NCBI GenBank assembly: GCA_964016885.1
Contig: OZ024755.1
Coordinates: 37,076,001 to 37,140,000, forward strand
Source of the DNA: Eledone cirrhosa
Taxonomy: Eukaryota
DNA length: 64,000 bases
Direction of reading: 5' to 3'
In this document: piece after piece, positions 29,232 to 42,727 of the stretch
How positions within the stretch are numbered: the first letter of the stretch is position 1
Layout: each line of letters begins with the position of its first letter
The notes under the pieces: model-generated
Database searches by the model: none
What the model saw: the letters and a program-made list of their open reading frames with translations, nothing else
What the model was told of the DNA's origin: nothing
Translations under genes and position numbers: made by a program

Positions 29232-31178
29232 CATACATACATATATACATACGTACATACATACTTGCATGATATCTGCCTCCTCGTTATCGCGTATGGC
29301 CATTGAACGATGGATTGGCAGTATCGGTAGAGAGTCGGACGCCATGCTTTCCAGCATAGTTACGTCCCTTTATGATCTGAGTTCAAATCCCGCCGAGGTT
29401 GACTTTGCCTTTCATCCTTACGGGGTCGATAAAATAAAGTACCAGTAATGCACTGGGTAATTTCTGGCCTTGTGCCTAAAGTAGAAACAATTATTAATAA
29501 TAATCAATTAATTCTATCGTGCAATGCCTGTGCTTGAAGATTTTTATTAAAGTGAGGAAAGACTGTGCACTGAGCCAATCCCACTCTCTGAGCGACAGTA
29601 GCTATAACCCGAAAAGAAGAAAAGATCAACATCATCGGTAACTACTGAGCCGCAGGTTTTATGTCGGAGTAAGTTATCCCAGTTTCCTGAGTTGCCTTCT
29701 ACGAGAAGAATTCCCTGACAAAGGCTAGGGGTCCTTCACTCCCAGTGGTTTAACCGCGCGATCGGGTATCCAGCCCGATTATTTCTATGTCCCCGCACAT
29801 ATACATACACATATACATACACATATATATAGATACACACATACACATGCATTCATGTATATAATATTTTCACATTTTTGGATGGTCGTTGACTCAATAG
29901 TTCTTCCGCCCTTTGTCAGGTTTCGTTTTTTGTCCTGCAGGGTGTCCAAAATCACCCTCCTCACCAAGTAAACTTGGTGGGGTTGCCGGTTTAGTCGCCG
30001 ACGACCCGACCATGCAACAGGCTGTACTGGGCTGCATGTTACCAGTAGCCCTCAAGAGTGACCCGACATTATACGTACATACATGCGTGTGTGTCTTTTA
30101 TGTTGGTCGTGTTCAAAATTAAACATTAAACTTTAAATAGTCTTCACTCGGGTTAACATAAAACTATTATATGGTCTACACTGAAAACCTTCTGCTCTCC
30201 AGCTCTCCTCAGATTTACTTAAAACTAATACATATATTTTTACCTGTAGTAGTTTGATATTAGAAGCCAGTTGTTCATTGTATTACTCTCCCTCAAATTT
30301 TGCATAGTATTGCCATCAATGAGTTTGATATTTATCAGTGCCAACGTCCCTTCCTTATGTTACCCTCCAAACTTTAATGCTTCTGCAATTCCTCCAAATC
30401 TTACAGAGAATCAATATTTTCACGGCAGTATCGGTAGAGAGACGGACGCCATGCTTTGCAGCAAAGAGTTACGGCCCTTTATGATCTGAGTTCAAATCCC
30501 GCCGAGGTTCACTTTGCCTTTCATCCTCACGGGGTCGATAAAATAAAGTACCAGTCACGCACTGGGGTCGATTTAATCGACTTTCCCCTCCCCCAAAATC
30601 ACTGGCCTTGTGCCTATATAAGAAACCAATATTTTCACACGTTTCAACTTGGCCCCAATTAATGTTTTGTGTATAACAACTGTTTCACTGAAATATATTA
30701 TTTTTACCTTCGCTGTGAATAAACGTAAGATAGGAAAGCTTTAGCGAAAACCAAAAATGACCCTTACAGTTTCCCTACCTATTTCGGTGATGGAGATTAT
30801 TTTCATAGAGTGCTCAAATATAAGTAGAGTAGACATATTGGTGCAACTCTCTTTACAGTTCTATATAGAAATATACCATTGTTTTGTTCTCTGGTTTTCG
30901 ATGTTAACTTTTCTGAGACGCACAAACGCACTCACATATATATATATACATTTATATATATATGTGTATGTATACATATAATATATATATATACATATAT
31001 ATATATGTGTGCGTATGTGTACACATATCATATATATATACATATGTTTATGTGTACATATATCATATATACATATGTTTATGTGTACATATATCATATA
31101 TATATATACATATATATATATGTGCGTATGTGTACACATATCATATATATATACATACATATGTTTATGTGTACATAT

Positions 31179-31253
<75 letters not shown>

Positions 31254-31256
<3 letters not shown>

Positions 31257-31619
31257 GAAGTTGTATTTAATTTGTTGGAATTCCGGCAAACATAAATGTT
31301 TATAACTGATATAGAGCACTCAACAGTTTACTGAAGTAAGTATTCCAAGATATTAATAAATGGAAACTATATTTATAAAACCATATTTATTTTATTATAT
31401 ATATATTTCAAGGGCGACCAAGCCAATCTTGGTGCGCTTTCATCAGATAAAATACAAAATTTGTTTTATAAATAATGACACACCCGTCATTATTTATAAA
31501 ACAAATTTTATATTTTATCTGATGAAAGCGCACCAAGATTGGCTTGGTCGCCCTTGAAATATATATATAATAAAATAAATATGGTTTTATAAATATAGTT
31601 TCCATTTATTAATATCTTG

Positions 31620-31620
<1 letters not shown>
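31254..31620. mobile_element. Family A palindromic element with hammerheads on both strands (31388-31454 -, 31511-31577 +)
   Basis: ~133-bp arms, loop ACACCC, tail on the minus arm only, (TA)n flanks. Confidence 0.88.
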
Positions 31621-31665
<45 letters not shown>

Positions 31666-31999
31666 AGATATATCATATATATATATATAAATATTTATGC
31701 AAAAGTTTTATTTAAAATTGTTGGGTTACAACGAGTAAATATTTTATAACTGATATAAAAGCACTCAACAAGTTTTGGAGTATCCTCATTAATCTCTCAT
31801 TTGGTGGTTTTCTCTTTACATACATTTCTTCATCTTCTTCACCTTCCGCTCTTTCTTTTTCTTTTCTCCTTCTTTTTCTTTTTTCTCCGTCTTTCTTTCT
31901 AACCGCCCTTAACATTTTCACTACCATAACAACTTTTTAAATGGAAGTTGTAAATTCTAAGGTATGTCAAATTTATTTATAAAACTGTTTATATATTGT

Positions 32000-32064
32000 A
32001 TTTTATCTGAAGAGGGCATACCATATTTTTAATATGATATCCCTGAAATATATATGATGAGATA
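32000..32064 (+). ncRNA. Hammerhead motif, family A
   Basis: AUUUUAU-CUGAAGA-GGGCAUACCAUAUU..AAUAUGAUAUCCCU-GAAA-UAUAUAU, with a slightly degenerate 3' end. Confidence 0.55.
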
Positions 32065-32664
32065 GATAGGGTTTATAAATGTAGTTTCCATTTGTTTTAT
32101 ATCGTATAAATATTTATATATGTGTGTGTGTGTATATATATATATGTATATATATACACACACACACACACAGACACACACACACACACATATATGCATG
32201 ATGGCTGCAACTCGATTTTGAGTTATATACCACATATCGCAATATATGTCTCATATCAAACGATGCCTGTGCTTGAAGCTTTTTTAAGTGAGGAAAGGCT
32301 TTGCAAGGGGCCAATTCCCCTCTCTGCACATCGAATGTATTTACCCTCAAAAGAAGAACTGGTCTACATCATTGGATGCAAACGAAGTCACAGGTTTTAT
32401 ATCAGAGTCACCTTCTCCCTGAGAGATGTCTTAATGACGACTAGGAGTCTCTCGATCCACGAAAAAAAAAAAAAAAAAAAAATAAGTAGCTGTTGACTCT
32501 CCTGAGTTCCCCCGCCCTTTGACGGGTTTTGTTTTTTTCTAAAATCACGCCCCCCCCCCCCTCAGCATGCAAACGTGGTGGGGTTTTCGGTTTAGTCGCC
32601 GACGACCCGACAATGCACAGGTTGTACTGGGTTACATGTTACCAATACAACTAAAGAGCTACCT

Positions 32665-32745
<81 letters not shown>

Positions 32746-33629
32746 GTGTGTAAAGAATATATATATATATATATGAAAAGATTCAGGACCCCGGCGGCTG
32801 AGCTCCGGCCGTTTCGAAAGCTAGATCCGAGTTCGGATCTAGCCATCGAAACGGCCGGAGCTCAGCCGTCGGGGTCCTGAATATTTTCATATTACCCACT
32901 CTATTGCACCAAGTATTGAGTACTCTGGTGGGTTATGGTCTAGCTGGCTTTTTACCACACCCTCTCTTATATATATATATATCTATATATATATACTTAC
33001 ATAGATGTATATATATATATATATATATATATAAACGTATAGACATAGAAGCTGGTAGCAGTAGATTCCTTGACCATCTATAAAATAATTGTTTCTACTT
33101 TAGGCACAAGGCCAGCAATTACCCAGTGCATTACTGGTACTTTATTTTATCGACCCCGTAAGGATGAAAGGCAAAGTCAACCTCGGCGAGATTTGAACTC
33201 AGATCGTAAAGGGACGAAACTATGCTGGAAATCATGGCGTCCGACCCTCTACCGATACTGCCAATCCACCGGATGGCTTGCTTGCTTGCTTGTCTGTAAT
33301 GTCATACAGCCCAAAGGGCGCATAATAGGGAAATACTTTGGAAGGAAGTTGACCCTGGAATGGAAATACAAATGGAATAAAACAAGTTTCGTGTAAATCG
33401 GAACACGGGTTCCAGGATATGGGATTTTCCGGGTACCTTCATAAAAAGAGAGAGAGAGAGACTGAGAGTGAGAGAGAGAGAGGAAGGGAGAGGAGGGAGA
33501 GACGGAGAATGGAAGAGCTGGTGGTGTTGTGTATATGTGAGTGTGCGTGTGTATATATATATATATGTGTGTGTGTATATGCGTATGTGTGTCTATGACT
33601 AGTGTATATAGATCACAGACACCCCCCAC

Positions 33630-33692
<63 letters not shown>

Positions 33693-33707
33693 AACATACA
33701 CACACAT

Positions 33708-34080
33708 ATTAGAAAGTGAAGTTTTTTTTTACAAAATGAAAAATAACCGAGGTGTCCTACACGAGTGAAAGTATAAGGAAAAAAGATGAAATCGAAAATG
33801 CAACTGGAGTCATTTTTTAAAAAATATATATTTATTTGGTTCCTTTACATGTTTCGCAGTTCTTCTGCTTTTCAAAAGTAGAATTGAGATTGAGGGTTTG
33901 TGGTTTTTTTCACAGACTCTCCATCTCAATTCTACCTTTGAAAAGCAGAAGAACTGCGAAACCGGTAAAGGAACCAAAGAAATATATATTTAAAAAAAAA
34001 AGACTCCAGTTCCATTTTCGATTTCATCTTTTTTCCTTATACCTCGGTTATTTTTCATTTTGTAAAAAAAACCTCACTTA
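33708..34080. mobile_element. Family H fold-back element inserted in a Helitron copy
   Basis: Inverted arms around ~33910 with variant hammerheads at 33842-33878(-) and 33935-33971(+). Confidence 0.8.
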
Positions 34081-34091
34081 TGTGTGTATAT

Positions 34092-34159
<68 letters not shown>

Positions 34160-35082
34160 ATACTTGGGGAGGGTCATATTTGTGTAACATTGCCAAAACT
34201 AATTCATCGCCGCTATATATATATATATATATATATAAACATACACACACGTATATATATAGACCTTCCAGTTTCATTTCACATTACATACATGTCTGTG
34301 TATATTTTGATTACTTAAAAAATATTTTAAAGTGAATGTAACCGAACGGGTAATGGTGGTCTACTCCAGTTGCCGTAAACCCAACTTTTATCGGTATTCA
34401 TGCTTTTAAAGTATTGACACCTTTAGTCTTCCCTTCAATCTCAAAGCACACAACCAATAATATGCTTGTGAAATGTTAATACATTTTTAGAGAAGGAGAT
34501 AATTATTGAACACGTTATAATAATAGTTTCTACTTTTGGCACAAGGCCAGCAATAACCCAGTGTATTACTGGTACTTTATTTTATCGACCCCGTAAGGAT
34601 GAAAGGCAAAGTTAACCTCGGCGGGATTTGAACTCAGATCTTAAAGGGCCGTAACTCTATGCATCAAAGCATGGCGTCCGACCCTCTACCGATACTGCCA
34701 ATCCACCGCCACGTTATAATAATTGTTTCTACTTTTAGGCACAAGGCCAGCATTACTGGTACACACCCAGTGCATTACTGGTACCTTATTTTATCTACCC
34801 CGTAAGGATGAAAGGCAAAGTCAACCTCGGCGGGATTTGAACTCAGATCGTAAAGGGACGTAACTATGCTGGAAAGCATGGCGTCCGACCCTCTACCGAT
34901 ACTGCCAATCCACCGCCACGTTATATAATGATATAGATCTCCCTGTGTTTCTGTATAATATGTCGGTATGTGATGAAAGGCTGCTACCTTAGAGAGACAC
35001 TTAAGTGAAAGTTAATAAATAGGAAGGTTTATAAGCATGAAACGTGTATGGTTACAGCAGGGTTTGAATTGTCTTTTACTTG

Positions 35083-36620
35083 ACATACACATACAACAGA
35101 AAACACAAGCACCCCTACACACATACGTACACATACAACAACAGACACACATGCACACCTACACACATACGTACACATACAACAGACACACAAGCACCCC
35201 TACACACATACGTACACATACAACAACAGACACACAAGCACCCCTACACACATACGTACACATACAACAACAAACACACAAGCACCCCTACACACATACG
35301 TACACATACAACAGACACACAAGCACACCTACACACATACGTACACATACAACAACAGACACACAAGCACCCATACACACATACGTACACATACAACAAC
35401 AGATACACAAGCACCCCTACACACATACGTACACATACAACAACAGACACACAAGCACCCCTACACACATACGTACACATACAACAACAGACACACATGC
35501 ACCCCTACACACATACGTACACATACAACAACAGACACACAAGCACCCCTACACACATACGTACACATACAACAACAGACACACAAGCACACCTACACAC
35601 ATACGTACACATACAACAACAGACACACAAGCACCCCTACACACATACGTACACATACAACAACAGACACACAAGCACCCCTACACACATACGTACACAT
35701 ACAACAACAGACACACAAGCACACCTACACACATACGTACACATACAACAACAGACACAAAAGCAACCCTACACACATACGTACACATACAACAACAGAC
35801 ACACAAGCACCCCTACACACATACGTACACATACAACAACAGACACACAAGCACCCCTACACACATACGTACACGTACAACAACAGACACACATGCACAC
35901 CTACACACATGCGTACACATACAACAACAGACACACAAGCACCCCTACACACATACGTACACATACAACAACAGACACACAAGCACCCCTAGACACATAC
36001 GTACACATACAACAACAGACACACTGCACACATACACACTTACGTACACATACAACAACAGACACACAAGCACCCCTACACACATACGTACACATAGAAC
36101 AACAGACACACTGCACACCTACACACACACGTACACATACAACAACAGACACACATGCGCGCCTACACACATACGTACACATACAACAACAGACACACAA
36201 GCACACCTACACACATACGTACACATACAACAACAGACACACAAGCACACCTACATACATACGTACACATACAACAACAGACACACATGCGCGCCTACAC
36301 GCATGCGTACACATACAACAACAGACACACAAGCACACCTACACACATGCGTACACATAAAACAACAGACACACATGCACACCTACACACATACAACAAC
36401 AGACACACATACGTACACATACAACCACACATGCACACCTACACACATACGTACACATACAAAGACACAAGCATACCTACACACATACGTACACATACAA
36501 AAAAACACAAGCACGCCTACACACATACGTACACATACGAAGACACAAGCGCACCTACACACATACGTACACATACAAACACACACGCACCCCTACACAC
36601 ATACGTACACACACACAAGT
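35083..36620. repeat. 44-bp CA-rich minisatellite, ~35 copies, degenerating to the right
   Basis: Unit ACACATACGTACACATACAACAACAGACACACAAGCACCCCTAC. Confidence 0.95.
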
Positions 36621-37438
36621 ACGTGAAGGCTTAGTGGTTAGAGCATTGGCCTTGCAATCGAAAGGTTGTGAGTTCAATTCTCAGACCGGGTGATGTGTTG
36701 TTTCCTTGAGCAAGACACTTTATTTCACATTGCTCCAGTTTACTCAGCTGTAGAAATGAGATGATAGGGACTGGGGTCCCTATCATTAAATTACCCAAGA
36801 GACCTCCATCGAGATATACCTTGGAGGAGGCCAGCTAAACTTAGAAAGGTGGGAGCTGTCACAAACACACACAAGTACACCTACAGACATAGGTACACAT
36901 ACATATATAGACGCCATATTGACATATGGCGTTTCAAGAGTATTTTTTAACCTTGTGGGGCCCATCTTCTCTCCAGTAGATTTCTCCCAGAGACATATAG
37001 AAAGAATGGAAGTGAGAAAGAGATATAGATGAATAATCGACCCCAGTATTAGACTGGTATTTTTTATCGACCTTGAATATATGAAAAGCAAAGGCAATCT
37101 TGACGGAATTTGAACTCAGAGAGCAAAAATCTGAAATACTACAAAGAAGTCCCTCCGAGGTTCTAGCGACTCTGCCAACACACACCGCCTACATATGTGT
37201 ATAAGACACAATAAAACTTTTTCAAATATATCTGAAAAACTTAATGTGAGAGAGGAGGACTGATAGTTGAAAAAATACTGTTTATAAATAAGGACGTTGT
37301 GTACAGTGGGAATATATACGCCGGATAGAAAGAGATAAACGGAACTACTTTATCAAAATAGAGTAAATAAAAATAAAGAAAAGTGTAGGGGAGATACACA
37401 TAAATGCACGCATTGATATACACACACAAACACAAATA

Positions 37439-37475
<37 letters not shown>

Positions 37476-37477
<2 letters not shown>

Positions 37478-37669
37478 CGAAGGAAATGTGGTAAGGAACC
37501 AGGTGGACCTAACGCACCAAAGTACTCAATACTTGAGGTAGTAGAGTGGGTAATAGGAACCAGTAAGACCCCGACAGCTGAGCTCAAGCCGTTTCGACGG
37601 CTAATTCTGAAAATTCAGAATTAGCCGTCGAAACGGCTTGAGCTCAGCTGTCGGGGTCTTACTGGTTCC

Positions 37670-37671
<2 letters not shown>
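37476..37671. mobile_element. Family C fold-back element
   Basis: The arms meet at CTAATTCTGAA-AA-TTCAGAATTAG. It is nearly identical to 16401-16588. Confidence 0.88.
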
Positions 37672-37728
<57 letters not shown>

Positions 37729-37863
37729 GCGTGTGTATATATATGTTCGGATATAGCTGTCGAAACGGCCACAGGCTCAGCCGTCGGGGACCCTGACTCT
37801 TTATATATATATATATTATAAAGAAAACGAAAAATCAGTGATGCATCTGGACTTAGTTTATTT

Positions 37864-37954
37864 CGTGTTACAAATGTTTCGCCGGCATGTAGCTCGAGTC
37901 ATGGTCCTTGTATGGATCTGGCTGATTCTACTTCTGCGGCTTCTTTCAGACACG
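37864..37954 (-). ncRNA. Hammerhead motif with extended stem II, family I
   Basis: Reverse complement reads CGUGU-CUGAAAGA-AGCCG..(~55 nt)..CGGC-GAAA-CAUUUG-UA-ACACG, with one extra core nucleotide. Confidence 0.55.
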
Positions 37955-37984
37955 GGTGTTTCGTCCGGAGCAAATTTTATACAC

Positions 37985-38030
<46 letters not shown>

Positions 38031-38246
38031 GTATATATATATAGAGAGAGAGAGAAACAGACACAGTATATTTAATATACTATACTTTGAAATAACACTA
38101 TTATAATATTAAACATTAATTACCGTTTAATATCAACAGTTTATCAACTTTCTTTTTCAGAAAAATGGTCAGATAATCTTACTTAAATTGCAGCACATTA
38201 GATATTAGATTTATGTTGGTAACGTGTAAACTTTAACGCCTCACAT

Positions 38247-38321
38247 ATTGGGTCGTCAACTACAGAATTTGTAGAAATTAGTTTTTTCTACAAATTTCAT
38301 TTTCATACTTGACGATCCAAT
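38247..38321. mobile_element. ~75-bp hairpin mini-MITE (Tc1/mariner-like termini)
   Basis: TATTGGGTCGTCAA...TTGACGATCCAATA. Relatives at 40394-40463 and 55872-55952. Confidence 0.6.
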
Positions 38322-38972
38322 AAAATATAAATTTCAATATAATTGAACATTTTCTCTGATACTTGGTTAGCGAACTGGATTCGCAATCGTGAGGCTGTCA
38401 GTTCGATTCCTGAACCAGGCGATGCGTTGTGTCCTTGAGAAAGACACTTTATTTCACGTTGCTCCTTCTACCTGGAGTTGCGACCGATAGATAGTATATA
38501 AGCGATTGGAAAGGCCAACGGAAGCATTGTTTCCTCGGTCAGATTTGACGAAAGTATATCGACAAAAAATTTCTGATACATTTATCATCTGCAGTAACAT
38601 CTAGTATCTTGGTATCTGTCTTCGGTCATTGACAACTTCCTGTTTCTACCATGCAACCATTAGTACTTTTCTCATTGTATTGTAAGTGTTTAAGTTTCTT
38701 TCAATTTTTTTTTTGTTCTTCAAATATGGTCGTTCTATTATATATGCTGTTTTCCACTTGGTGGTTTCAATATATTGTTATACTTGGGGAGGGTCATATT
38801 GTTATAATATTGCCAGAAATATATAATAAAACAAACTCACTGTTTGGTTTGGGTTGGTTTTCGCTTCTGTAGATTTTATATCCCTATAGTTAATTTAGCT
38901 GGCAATCAATATATGTACACACACACATTTATATATATATATAAATTATATATGTATATATATACATATATG

Positions 38973-39012
<40 letters not shown>

Positions 39013-39502
39013 ATACATATATTTACCACTGCGATTCTGTGTTTTTTTCTCTCTCTCTTACTGTTCCCCCATTCTCTCTGTTTCTCCCCCTCTGTCTTGT
39101 CCGTTAACTCTTCCTCACACTTTCACCCACTCACTGTTTTTCTCCATCTTCTCTTCATTTCATCCTGCACTCACGAACGCTATTTTTTCTCTCACTGCTC
39201 AATGGCCTTCGTTTGTGTTGGTACTATTCTCTCAGCTCTCATATATTCACCTAGCTTATGCTAAACGAATAATTTTTGAAGCTTGTTTCTCCCCTAAGGT
39301 ATGCTAATTTTTCTGTTGTTCTCCTGTCTCACTCGCTTTACGCGTTTTAATTGTCCTAATAACTTATTTTGGTTATTATTGCACCGAAGTGAGATATATG
39401 ATTTTTAATGCAATGAAATATCTATGATCTTCAGCAAATCACTGATGAGGGACTTATTTTATTACATGTTACCATGTGCGACCTGCAGTATTTTTCTCTA
39501 TA

Positions 39503-39549
<47 letters not shown>

Positions 39550-39575
39550 ACACATATATGTATATATATATATGC

Positions 39576-39641
<66 letters not shown>

Positions 39642-39667
39642 ACACATATATGTATATATATATATGC

Positions 39668-39709
<42 letters not shown>

Positions 39710-39734
39710 CACATATATGTATATATATATATGC

Positions 39735-39818
<84 letters not shown>

Positions 39819-39926
39819 GCATGTATATATATATATATATATATAAATATATATATAAATGAAAGGTATAGAAAACATTGTAGCAAAAAGCCAACAGTAT
39901 TCCATAGTATATATATATATTCCATA

Positions 39927-40014
<88 letters not shown>

Positions 40015-40117
40015 GGTGTTGGATGCTTAAAGCGTCCGTATGCGGTAGGCCGTATGAGCATTCGATACACATATATTTATATATATATATACGAATATGT
40101 CTCTCTATATATATATG

Positions 40118-40182
<65 letters not shown>

Positions 40183-40719
40183 TGCAAGGTTTCTGATATG
40201 AAATCGTGTGTCGAAACAAATATTGTTATACTTATGGAGGGTCATGTTATAATATTGCCAGAAATATATAATAAAACACACTCACTGTTTGGATTGGTTT
40301 TCGCTTCTGTATCTTTTATATCTCCATAGTCAATTTATATGGCAATCAATGTTTATCATTGATTGACCAACAGTTAAAAATATAGATATAAATATTGGCT
40401 CGTCAAGTCTGAAATTTGTAGGAATTTTTTTTTTCTACAAATTTCAAACCTGACGACCTAATATATATATATTTTATATTTATATATATTTTTTACCCCT
40501 CATTGTTCTACCTACCGTTTCAACTTCCTCCCCCTCCCCCTCCCCAGTATCTTCTTTGACCTCTGTAGCTGTAGCTGGCACTACCAACACATGATTGGGT
40601 CTACTCCACCCCCTCCCCCTTTTCTCCTACTGGCAGGTTTAGCCACCATCTCCCCTACTAATTTGCAATCACAGAATTACTACTACCTTTTGACAATCAC
40701 TTTGACCATATATGGAATT

Positions 40720-40791
40720 ACCCCTTGAGAAGCTCGGCTATTTAAATACCAGGATTAGCCGTCGAAACGGCTTGAGCTCAGCCGTCGGGGT
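40720..40791 (+). ncRNA. Complete type I hammerhead with U3-A8 core, family C
   Basis: ACCCC-UUGAGAA-G..CGGCUA-loop-UAGCCG.C-GAAA-CGGCU-UGAGCUC-AGCCG-UC-GGGGU. All three stems pair and the cleavage triplet is GUC. Confidence 0.85.
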
Positions 40792-40801
40792 CTTACTGGT
40801 T

Positions 40802-40851
<50 letters not shown>

Positions 40852-40862
40852 TATATATATAT

Positions 40863-41014
40863 AAATGAATATATGATAGGGATAAACACTAATACAAGTA
40901 TATAAGTGTTTGTATTGCAAATGACCAAGTTAGCTAGATCTAACTAACTTGGTCATTTGCAATACAGACACTTATACACTTGTATCAGTGTTTATCCCTA
41001 TCATATATTCATTT
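40863..41014. repeat. ~150-bp palindrome
   Basis: AAATGAATATATGATAGGGATAAACACT...AGTGTTTATCCCTATCATATATTCATTT, centred near 40938. Confidence 0.9.
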
Positions 41015-41086
41015 GTATTACACGGCTCAGAAATATCCCTTTCTTTGAGCTATTTAAATGTAAAAGACTGTTTGAGTTTATAACTC

Positions 41087-41123
<37 letters not shown>

Positions 41124-41126
<3 letters not shown>

Positions 41127-41316
41127 GAGAAAGTATGACCCCGACGGCAGAGCTCAAGCCGTTTCGACGGTTATTTGCGTCAAGAAATAGACGTCGAAAC
41201 GGCTTGAGCTCTGCCGTTGGGGCCATACTTTCTCCTATTACCCACTCTACAACCCTAAGTATTGAGTACGCTGGTGCGTTATGGTCCATCTGGTTCCTTA
41301 CCACAACTCCTTCGTT
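41124..41316. mobile_element. Family C fold-back element
   Basis: Short minus arm and long plus arm, joined in the stem II loop. Further family C copies at 55480-55663 and 62413-62551 (single arm). Confidence 0.85.
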
Positions 41317-42141
41317 ATATATATATATAGTCTCTCAGAGTTCTTTCTTGATACACCTGTGACATCATCAGTGATACTATTACGTTTTTCAAAATATATT
41401 TTTTATTTCAACTCACGATTTCATATCAAAAACCTTGCAAAACAGATTCAGTTTCACTATACTATTTCAGATTCGCTTCTTGACCATGTCGCACATATTA
41501 TCAGACTCATTCTTTCTTAAATATTTCGTTGTATTTTTGTCGTGATACCTACACGACCTCTTTAGATTGGACTGGATGTTGTGGTACCAACATCACTTTA
41601 CAGAGAGAGGGTGGTGTTGGTGGGAGTCGGAGGATAGGGTAGTGGGTTGGGGGTGTATATTTGGTTAAGAGGTGCCTACTGACTGTAGGTTTCGCGTTGT
41701 ACATAGGCAAGGTGGGTCTTCTGTATTACTGCGTGGCGCCAAAGATCTCGATCCGGTGACATAATCAAGTTATATAACCCTAGTCACCAATAGAAAACAT
41801 ATGTATATGGTTCAAGGAAAAAAAGAAACAGAGGTACAAAAAGTCTTATTAGTTTCACGCTTTATATGGAAAAGGGGAAAGAAAGATCCCGTTTGATATT
41901 CTCGTGCTCTATGCGTCTGTCCTCAAAATTATGGGCCCCATCATTCCCCATTCCACGCCAAGTTTCTCTTTCAAGAGCCTCTATCTCCCAGTCAGCCATC
42001 ATCACACCACTTTTATATTTTTCTCTCTCTCTCTCTCTATATATATATATACACACACACACATATATATATATACATATATATATATGTATATACACTT
42101 ATATATATATATACATATATATATATATGTATATACACTTA

Positions 42142-42231
<90 letters not shown>

Positions 42232-42299
42232 TATATATATATACACATATATATGTATATATACATATATATATACATATACATATATACATATATATA

Positions 42300-42357
<58 letters not shown>

Positions 42358-42371
42358 CATATATATATACT

Positions 42372-42407
<36 letters not shown>

Positions 42408-42449
42408 TATATATATACATATACATATATACATATGTATATATATACT

Positions 42450-42509
<60 letters not shown>

Positions 42510-42727
42510 TATATACATACATATATATAAACATACACACACACACATATATATATATATTCCTGATGATTTCTAAAGAATGAAACAGTTCTAGTCCTGT
42601 AGAATCTCATCTATATATATATACATATATATATATATAAATATACGTTATTCCGGGTTGAATCGGAGGTAACCACAGTAAGTAAGGTACTCAATACATT
42701 GCAGAGTATAAAAGTTTTAATATAGAC

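Noticed and set aside
31360-31605. Recurrent [11 protein letters not shown] ORFs
   Set aside because: Antisense translation of the family A ribozyme cassette; the frame is not conserved between copies.
35037-36626. 529-aa and 426-aa ORFs
   Set aside because: Translations of a 44-bp minisatellite that lacks stop codons; open in several frames with no domain.
39420-39460. Isolated CTGATGA motifs (also 3195, 16665, 41365 on the minus strand)
   Set aside because: Stems I and III could not be closed, so they were not counted as hammerheads.
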